Shown here: one piece after another, positions 12,135 through 21,600 of the stretch
How positions within the stretch are numbered: the stretch's first letter is position 1
Layout: the number at the start of each line of letters is the position of its first letter
DNA from: Bigelowiella natans CCMP2755
Lineage: Eukaryota; Protista; Cercozoa
Reading direction: 5' to 3'
DNA: 35,099 bases
NCBI GenBank assembly: GCA_000320545.1
Contig: ADNK01001397.1
Location: 1-35,099 of the forward strand
Translations under genes and position numbers: made by a program
Notes under the pieces: model-generated
What the model saw: the letters and a program-made list of their open reading frames with translations, nothing else
What the model was told of the DNA's origin: nothing
Database searches by the model: none

Positions 12135-12841
12135 CTACTTCTTCTTTGCTTTGATTTTTGCCACCATCATTTCTGTAACAACAACACAGAACAATTAGAA
12201 CCCTGACGAATCACTACCAATAAGCTCAACTAGTATCATTCTCGAGTGGGTGTGCAGTGGAGTGCGGTGGCTTTCTAATGCGCAGTTACCTTTGTTGATG
12301 AGGTGGCACGTCTTTTCTACGAGGCCAAGAAGTTTGCTCACATCGGACGACCACTCGTCTACTACCTCATTCGCTGTCTTCTTGCGAGCGAAAGTTACGA
12401 TCTGTGCTGGCCTATCAATTTTTGCGTGTAGTTGCTTGCTCTGCACCATCTCCGAGAGGTATGCTTCGGTTTTCTGCACATAATTATGCATATTGTTATT
12501 ATTAGGTTTATGATATTATAATGATATGTATGTAAGGAACAAAATCTAACAAATTCTAACACGTTCTCGACGTATTGGAAAACATTGTGCCTCCGCCGCC
12601 ATGTTTCAAGTTAAGATCGGAATCGATGTTATGGCATAATACAAAACACCAACCACATAGCAACCTGCCGTTATTTTCTACATCTTTATTCTAGAGAAAA
12701 TTTTGTCCGAAATAGTCCGGAGACAAAGCAACCTCTTCTGATAGGCCGAGTAGGAAAGCTAACCGTTCACTCTTGATGCGACTGTAATATTTCGACAGTA
12801 CTCGAATGTTCTGAGGAGAGATATAAACGAAATCCGCTATC

Positions 12842-12885
<44 letters not shown>

Positions 12886-14779
12886 AAACACAACCGAAAT
12901 TTATAGATAAAGACTGGCGGCGTGTCGAACTAAACAATATTTTGCGTGAGATAGATAGGTAGGAGGTAGGTAGGTGATAATACATACGTGCTGGACGACG
13001 GATCGTTGAAACTGCGTATCGTATCCCATCGATTTAAATTCTCCTGAGGTCTTGAATTCGTCGTTAAGCGGCCACGGAATCAGTTCGTCTGTCGTGAAGA
13101 GCTCTACCAGGTTCCTGAGCAACACCGACCATCCATTGTTAAATACGGGGGTTGCAGGGGGGGGGGCAAAGAAGTTGAAAGAAACGGCTCATAAACCACA
13201 AACGGATGTTTCGGAAGCCTCTCCGAACACGATTGCTCTCTCAGGATATGAGAAGAGCCTCGAATAATAAGGGATCTTTGCGTGCGCAATCAAGAAGGAA
13301 GTAATTTTTTTTCTCTCTCTCATCGGGGTACGTGTACTACTTACTTTGCCATTGGAAGCTTGTTCAACTCCTTCACCGTCATCTTAAATCGGTGAATCAT
13401 GTCTGACATTTCAGCATCGTACGGCGACAAGCAGAGATATACGACAGCACTCTTCAACGCCTATAAATCAGCAAAATGAAAATATGATTTCTTGAGGTGA
13501 AGGGGGGGAGCGGCAGGGGAAAACATGAAACGGTGCATCAGTCACGTTTGTCGAATTATTTGTGATTCATTTCACCTCTTGGTAAGCCTTAACCTCCTTC
13601 TGCTCCTGCTTGATTTTGAAGAGAGAGTGGTAGCACTTGCACGTATCAAAGAAAGCGTTTTCATGCGAATAATATTTAATCATAAGGTTGTAGAACTTCC
13701 ACTGGAGCTCCCCGAAACCGCTTTCCTTGAGCTTTTCCGTGTTGACCTTCTTAGCTACGATAGATGCCCTGACCCATTTATTTGTTTGGATGCAGAGACG
13801 GATCTGCTCGAGGAGAAATTCCGCTTTCTCCTTGAGTTCCATGGATCCTATAGTTTCGACCTGTACAAAGGGGGGTGCAAGATAGAAGAACGGGAAGGGG
13901 GCGGGGGAGTAATGACAACGACATCACTACAAACAAGTTCTGATTAATAGCTATTTTGTGATTAGCAAACCTGCACTTCCTGTAGGATAGAACATGCGTC
14001 CTCTTCCTTGCCCTCGTCCTCTCGGATCTTTGCGAGAGTCTTGGTGAGGCGAGCGCGCTCAAGTTCCACCATGAGCTGAAACGAGACCTCAGTATCAATA
14101 ATGGACGCGGCGGCTATGCACACAATTTAGGACCTTTCCTGCCGACACTGTGCGTAGAGTTTCGATCAGATCGACCTTTGTTTGCATATCTGGAGTCATG
14201 TCCAGGGCTTCCATTGCTGCCTGTACTACCGTGGAGATGACCTGAAAAAGTGGCACGTGTTCTGTCGGCTCTGTTTTCACCTAAGTTGTCATCACAATGG
14301 TGGTACCTTGCGGAGCTGTGCTCGCCTCTTGCAGAGGATGGCAATGTGGTTGTTTAACGTTTTCCACTGTTTGCATTTGATACAAAGTTCTATGATAGCT
14401 TTGGCAAGCTTTTGAGTGGATTCTGTGTCCGCAGCCTGGGTGGAAAAGCAACCAAATTTTAATAATTCCATTTATCTGGATGATCGATGCCAGGGAGTGC
14501 TGTCGATGGAAGATGCTGACCACGATATTAGTTGAGCTTACCAGTCGGGTTTTCTTTTCCAGTTGAAGCAGGTTAGTAAGAGCGCTATCCAGCTTCGAAG
14601 CCTGGGCGTAAATATGATACGGGTGAGTTCAGCGATAGACGACACTCATAGATTTAGGCTCTACGTACATCAGCTTCCACGGGAGAAATATACACGGGGA
14701 TTTTCGCATCCACTTCTTCCGAGAAGTCTCCCTTCAGACTCTTCACGAACTTCTTCTCCTCCACCTTCTCAACCTCCAT
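12135..14779 (-). CDS. PSMD12: 26S proteasome non-ATPase regulatory subunit 12 (RPN5), multi-exon
   Basis: Minus-strand exons encode GDFSEEVDAKIP, ALTNLLQLEKKTR, ILCKRRAQLRK, DLIETLRTVSAGK, VELERARLTKTLAKI, QVETIGSMELKEKAEFLLEQIRLC, YLCLSPYDAEMSDM, QNIRVLSKYYSRIK, AKIDRPAQIVTF..WSSDVSKLLGLVEKTCHLINKE (PCI domain). Stop TAG at 12135-12137. Confidence 0.95.
12843..12881. repeat. (GA)n microsatellite in a PSMD12 intron; (CT)n on the sense strand
   Basis: Directly visible. Confidence 0.95.
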
Positions 14780-15904
14780 GGATGATGCCTACGTGATAGA
14801 TAAGATGAAATTTTTAGACATGCTGTGTGACAATCTCGTTAATCTTGCCGGCGATGTTAGCCCGAAAAGATGTCAATGTAATATTGATTTTAAACACTTG
14901 CTTCATCGAAATTCGTTCTCTATTGTTTTAGAATATGTCTGAGCTGAGCTAATATGCCACACAGATGTAATATTAAATTTGAAGTTACTAATCGTACTAT
15001 CGCAAAAAATGGAAGGATTGCGCAAACGATTGCAAGATCCTGTTCCGCAGGGAAGATGGTTGCGATTTACTTCCAATGCACTGCTGTGCTGCAATAGCGC
15101 ATTGCTCAGATATTGAGCAATGCATTAATTTGCGCGGAAGTGCTGGTAGATTTTGGCGTCTATTTCACCACCCAGACCCCACATGGTTCCCATCTGGCAT
15201 GCTCTCTAAAGGAAAAGGTTAAATAAGGGCAGTGCCTTGTCCGCCATTGCTACGACTTATGGTAGCTTGAATCAGACTGATTTTTATGAAACGTCAACCT
15301 AAAATTATTGTCGTAATGTAAACTCCAATGGCAATCCAACTTTTGACGTCCATCTGCACTCACGGTACGTTTTAACTCAGACTTAACCGTGTCTTTCCCA
15401 TGTACTTCTCTTCGAAGCTGGAGTGTATTTTGTGCATTTTTTGGCCTTTCTGCAAGTCGCAGAGCTGAACTCGAAGCCAAACAGGGCGAGTAGAAAGTAT
15501 CATAGAGATCCAGTTTCGCGCGAAATGAAGACGGTGATCCGCAAAGCGAAAGCGCACACAGGTTTCGATCTTACGACAAAGGTATCGAAGAAATCTCGAA
15601 TGCTTGAACCCGAATCCAGCCTTATTCTTCGACTCTGAGGCTGTTTTTATTGTCGTAGTAGTAAACCCACGGGGATCATTCAGCAGCACAGCCTTCAAAT
15701 CTGGGCCTGAATTTTCTCGAGGTTTTGAGCAAAGATCATCGCCCGCCCTTTCCTCTCCCACCCTTCACGACGAAAAGGTTGCTATTTACCGTGCCATAGT
15801 AGTGGGTCATTGGCATCTTGAAGCAGGGCTTGTATTGAATTCGAACGTGTTACAAGCCTTTTTGTGCCGGCGGGTTGATTGCACTGCGGATACTCCGAGG
15901 AGGC

Positions 15905-16914
15905 ATGGCTTCCAAGAACACGCAGCTTTCCCCGGAGGACATTCCCTCCACTCAATCTGTGCCATCGTCACGGCCCCGAGACACCTCGGTGCGAACACAA
16001 GAACATCCCGAGCGGAAAAATTCTTCCGTAGCGCCCCCGAAGAATGGTGGAGGAAGCGTCCTCCTCCGTATTAAGCGAAAAAGAGATGAGAACCCTATGG
16101 AGGCTCTCCTAGTAGCCACTGAGGCGGATCGGGGCTATTCGAAGCGACCGATGCTTAAAACGATTCGCCGGATGATGGGGAATGTTTCTCTTAGCTCCGA
16201 AGATAAGGATAAAAAAATACCAAATGTGAAAGAAGAGGAGGGCAGCGGCGAGGCCGAAACTAAGCTCTTCACGTTAGTTGACACAGTTTCCGAGGCAGAC
16301 TTCCGTTCCAAAGAATTCTCCCAAAAAATTTTGGCACGGCTGAAGAAGGCGAAGAAGCGTCGTTGCCTCAAGGCGGCCCCCCTCACCCAGAGGGAAAAGC
16401 GAAAGGCGTCAAGAGCGGACCGCATCAGAAGGTTTGAGAAGATGCAGAAGTACAGATTCAAGGCAACTCAGAAGATCACAGTCTCTGGAATCGACGCGGG
16501 TACGGATCAACGTGGAGAGCTCAAGCTCGTGGATCTCGAGACAACGAAAAACGAATTCGATGGGATAAAACTGAAGGTATGTGCGCACCCTAGCTTAGGC
16601 CGTCGCCCCTCACTGACAAGAGTGTGAATGCGATGTTGAGATTTGGATGCTTTCAACGCAGGATCCGACCGTGTCCCGAATGGATGCTGTCAACAAGAAA
16701 TACAGCACGAACAAGGTGGGGGCTGAAATTTGGGAGTATCGTCGAGTGCGCTGTGTTGAATATCATCGAGTGTGCTGTGTTACAAGGACGTGACATCATG
16801 ATTTGTGGTCAGCTTGCCGAGAAGTGCGAGAAGAGCATCGAGGAGTACTTCCAGCAACCCCGAATATCATCGTCATCATCATCGAAACCGTCTGCTGCTC
16901 AGCAGCAGGTAAAA

Positions 16915-16950
<36 letters not shown>

Positions 16951-17199
16951 ATATATGCATGGATGCACCCATACCCAACGACCATAAGCTCTCTTGATAA
17001 GCTCCTCTCCTCTACATTTGGTGGTGGCAGCAGACGTCGCAGTTATCGTCGCAGCAGCACCTTCCCGAGTCGAAGAAGTTGGAAATGGAGACGGATAAGG
17101 AGGGAGGCGACGACTACGTCTACGATATCTACTGCATTTCCCAGGATGCTGCAGACACAGGTTATTGCTCACCCACGTAATCAATAAGGGCTAATCTGG

Positions 17200-17238
<39 letters not shown>

Positions 17239-18007
17239 GTTTTGATTGTGTGTTTTTATTTTCCCGTGAACAATGTACGCCTGCATGCCATACTTCTCTT
17301 TCTTCTAAACATTCTCGGCACGACTACCACTCCGATACCCCGCAGTATGTATATATATCCTTAACCGTTGCTGCTGCTTCGCTTCTCTTCTCTTTGCCTC
17401 AGGAACGATTCTGAGCGGGTTGGACGAGGCAGCGAAAGCTGCGTATGTAGACATGAGGGGGATGATAGAAGCGCAGCAACTCTGGGAAAGAGAATACGGA
17501 TATGACGATAGCGAGGAGGAGGAAGAAGGAAACGGATATGGCAGCGAGGATTCGAATGCACAGGAGGTAGTAGAGGAGGATGAGGAAAAGGAGGAGGATA
17601 GAACAACAGATAGATAAATAGATAGATTGTGCTATGGTATCATCATCATCGTTATCATCATCACCATCATCATCATCACACGTGAAGTAGGATTCATGGT
17701 ACAAATTATGCTCTAATAAGCGATATAAATATCGACCAAGCTCCCAAGCTGACGACGCCACGACCACCATGCGCACCCGCTCACCATTTTCGCATTGTGT
17801 TGTGTGTTGCTGTGCGTTGTGTGCATGTACGACGCACCGTCTCAGATTGATTATCCCGACGAGGATTGGGAAGAGGATTTCCCCGGAAACTACAGGGATC
17901 GAAGCCGGGAGTCATCAAGCAGTGACTTGCTCACCGACCAGTTGTGGATGCGGGAGCAGGCAAGTCCCACCCGAATCACCCTGAATGACCTCCGCAGGCG
18001 GAAATGA
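15905..18007 (+). CDS. IWR1: IWR1/SLC7A6OS/DMS4-like RNA polymerase II nuclear import factor, multi-exon
   Basis: N-terminal LLRIKRKRDENPMEALLV, internal DDYVYDIY (~17109-17132), and an acidic C-terminus YGSEDSNAQ|IDYPDEDWEE match the Iwr1 family. Stop TGA ends the final exon at about 18007. Internal exon boundaries are only partly resolved. Confidence 0.85.
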
Positions 18008-18271
18008 GGGATCGATCGGCGGCGGCGGCGGCGGCGTCGGAATGTTAACAGAGTACTTGTATGATAGGATAGACGATAGATCTAGAGATGTTACCAAAAT
18101 ACACGCTCTTCGCAAGGTTGGCATGTCATTGTATATCGTACATCTAGACAACCCGTTAGCGTGTGCCAGCATGATGTGTTTTGCATATCGCCGTCGCATT
18201 CCTAAACATCTATATATAGATTCTAGAGGTGTAGACGATGCGCCTACATGAGGCGCGATGCCTTTACAACA

Positions 18272-18597
18272 TGTTGCGCGTAAGGTGTTCACAGGCCGAG
18301 GCGCTACGTGCACAAGTAGGCAGGGGGGGGGAAAGGCACGTTTGCTTCCTTTTGAAGAGTTGTGTTTATTTTTATTAAAGATTATATTTTTATTAAATCG
18401 TGCACTGCGTAATCATTCGCGAAGCTTTCGCGAATGCCGCCGCACGTGGGGCAGCACACTTCCGGTGTGCTGCCATGAGTCCCGCCGGAACCCACGTGCC
18501 TATGCTGTATTAATATCTACGTTATCTATATTCTATATCCGCGACAACCCCTTTGTTGTCGCACGTGACTTGTGCCCGCGTAGTGGTACGCGCTACA
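18272..18597 (-). repeat. 3' LTR (326 bp)
   Basis: Direct repeat of 23662-23987, no mismatch seen by eye. Terminal inverted repeat TGTTGCGCGTA...TACGCGCTACA (10/11). Several AATAAA hexamers on the minus strand. Confidence 0.97.
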
Positions 18598-18605
18598 CCT
18601 CCCCC
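18598..18605 (-). other. Polypurine tract GGGGGAGG
   Basis: Abuts the 3' LTR on the element's sense strand; a further purine-rich AAGGAAGGAAGGAAGGAG lies just upstream. Confidence 0.8.
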
Positions 18606-18648
18606 AAGTCACGTTGCTCCTTCCTTCCTTCCTTATTCCCTTAGACCT

Positions 18649-21600
18649 TCATCGCTTTCGGAACTTCACCAACCACCAGGTAATAGATTCCTCTCTAACC
18701 TTATCTCCTTTGTCGCTTACCCAGAACTCACCTTCGTCCTTAGGTTCGTGTCCATACCAGCCCTCTGCATCAAGGTCCCCCAGGACCTTATACCAGTGCT
18801 CAAAGGGTAAGTCGGGAACAGCTAGGTAGAGTAGCTGATATTTTCCGTCCTTTATTTTCATAGCTACCCTCTCCATATTTCGTAATCCAGGGTAGCCTAG
18901 ATAGACAATCTTCATGCGCCAATCGTCGTTCACCCTGACCTTATTGTTTCCATATTCCACATCGAACTTAGGTCGGGGTCCTAAACAAGGCATTGCTCGC
19001 TCCCACACAGTAGGGTTTACTTTAACATCCTCTAGGAGCTTCTCACCGATATCATAATTCTTTAGGTGACTGATGTGGCGCAAGGTGACCCTGTTCCCAT
19101 CATAGATGTAGTACTGCTTCCTCCCCTTCCTCTCGGTAACCTTTGCAACGCCACCCCAGAAGGGGTCTTGTTTATTTCTCGATCTCAGATTTACCTTGGC
19201 CCTAACATACTGTCCTTCCTTTAGAACTCGGCCATCGTACGGGACCTTCTCGTCTTCGCTCTCGGTATCGTCGTCGTTGTCGTCGCCTTCTTCCCTCTCC
19301 TTATCCTTGATACCTCCCCCAGACGTGAAGGTGTCGTTTACTAACCCTTGTATCTTGTCTGGTGTGGTGCTATTTATCCTGCTTAGGTTGGCCAAGGTGC
19401 GGTGGAGTCGCTCTACCTTGGAGTTGGACTGGGCATAGTATACAGGTGAGGCATCAATATTAGGGTGTGGTAGCTGTAGAAGAGAGGTCTCATTATCCAC
19501 ATGTAACTTCTTTGGTATCTTGTTTATGCTAACTTCATCAGGGATAGCCTGGAGCTCAGACTCCCAGGTACGGTAGCAGTTAGTAAGCCTCTGCTTATAT
19601 AAGCCTTTGTTCTTCTTAGCAACGTTGACCTTGATAATCTTTTTAACCCAGCACTTTCCAGTGGCCACATCAACGAAGGTAAGGTAGTGATAGCCATCGT
19701 ACTTATAAACATCAATTTGCACGATATCTAAGAAGTTCCTTGCTTTGATTTTCTTAGATGCACGGCTCTTGCTGGACTCCTTGGTGGCGACGCCTGCCGC
19801 CTTCAAGCTGGAGCGCCTGCAGCCACGCAGGTATGTCCTTATCTCTTTTAGCTTGTAGGGCCAGTAGTAATGGTAGAGTAGAGCAGTGATATGGTTTTCT
19901 CCTACGTGTGCAGGTCCATGGGCGGTAAAGAGAAGGGCTCCCCTGGTCCGCCGTGGCACGTAGGTACGCCTAACATTATTAGTGTATACATATATCCTAT
20001 CACTAAGTACCTCATGCTTGTGTTTGTATTTATCCAGGTGTTCTTGAAGGTGCTGGAGCTCCTCTGGCTCAGGCAGGAAGTCGCCGTCCTCGAAGGTAAT
20101 CGCGTTAACCATAGGGGTGACCTGGGTAGGGACTTTCTTTTCGAACAGCCTGCTGAAATAGTCAGCAAGCTGCTTGTCTCCTGGTGCGTAGACCACTGTC
20201 CTCTTGTCCCTAAACTCTTCCGTGTCCGCCCTCATAGCTGCATACTCATCGTTAGGCGCTTCGAGCTTGCGGTCGATGCCTAGGAGGGGCTTGTGGTCAG
20301 TCATTAAGGTGAAGCTGGGCACCGACAGCAGGTAGTATCTTAGTTTCCTCTGCGCCTCAGTCATGGCTTTATACTCTCCTTTTGTAGGGCTGTACTTGGC
20401 CTCAGCTGCTGTGCAGGCCCTGCCCCACACCCGTATGATCTGCTGGTCTTGGGTAAGTACAGCAGCCATACCTAGCTTAGACCAGTCTGTCCATAGGGTA
20501 GCTGGTCTAGTAGTGTCTAGCTTAGCATTCAATAGGGTGTTGCTGCATAACTTTATTAGGTTATCGAAGTGGGCATCAAGGCCAGCCTTGGCCCACACCT
20601 TAGCGAAGCTGAGGCCTACAGAGTTCTCCTTCCGGTAAGCAGTAGTAAAAGCAGCTGCAGTCCTAGCGTAGGTAGGGGAGAACCTACGTAGTATCCAAGC
20701 TGCAGTCTGCAAGAATGACTTTAACTCCTTTGCATTCTTAGGTTTAGGGGCTTGCTGTAGTGCTGCTACTTTCTCGGGGTTTGGGGTGATGCGGCCTTGC
20801 TCCAGGTAATATCCACACCACTTGATTCTTGTAGCTAGGAATGTACACTTCTGCAGTCTAATAGTAAAACCGAAGTGTGCAAACCTAATAAATATATTTT
20901 CCAGGAGGAAGATCTGAGCGACGACTGTGTTGGTACATATTATGTCATCATCCACATACACAAACACAAACACCCACAACACAGACGCCATCCCATCATG
21001 TGTGTATGCCCTGTAGTTCTGACTACTGAACGCATCCCCTGATATGCTTAGGCCGTAAGGGAATACGACGAAGTGCCACTTCCTGTGCCTGCTGGAGAAC
21101 GCGGTAATGGGGCGGGAGGTTTTGTGGATGGGTGTCTGCATGTATGATTCATTTTTATCTAGGGAAGAGTAGTATTTGTATCCTATGACGTGTTCAATAA
21201 CGTCATCTATCCTTGGTGTAGGTGTCTGGATCCTCTTTATTACTCGGTTGTGGCGGATGAAGTTGTGCGCCAGGCGGAAGAAAGGGTAAGTAGGTTTCTT
21301 AGCTAGCACATGTCTCACGTTCCATGGTGAGTTGCTTGGCTCTATCTTCCCTTCCTTTGCCCATTCATTGATCTGCCACTCTATCTTTTCCCAGTCCGCT
21401 TCCGGTCGCCTATGTTCTGGGTCATTGATGATGCACTCTTCGTATCCCTTCTTTAGCTCGATCTTTACTGGGGTAAGCTTGCTGGAGGGCTTCGTCGTCG
21501 GCTTGGTGATGTCAGAGTACTTCTCGTTTAATATTTTATTAATGTACTTTTTGCCTTTGTCGATATCCCAATCATCAGCTGGGGGGGTCTTGTCCAGTAG

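Noticed and set aside
15250-15800. Several 70-156 aa ORFs between PSMD12 and IWR1
   Set aside because: No recognisable motif or consistent splice pattern; likely promoter or UTR sequence.
18414-18499. HDV-like or hammerhead ribozyme in the LTR (minus strand has TGC-CCCACGT-GCG resembling P3/L3, then a hairpin and GAA)
   Set aside because: I could not build P1 or P2 with correct spacing, and there is no CUGANGA/GAAA core. Kept only as a generic structured element.
18258-18644. 128-aa ORF, duplicated at 23645-24070
   Set aside because: It is the LTR read antisense; start and stop lie outside the LTR and differ between copies.
18652-19053. Chromodomain at the integrase C-terminus
   Set aside because: Lacks the Y.VE.I...YLVKW.G...TWE pattern; the final WWLVKF is too short and terminal.
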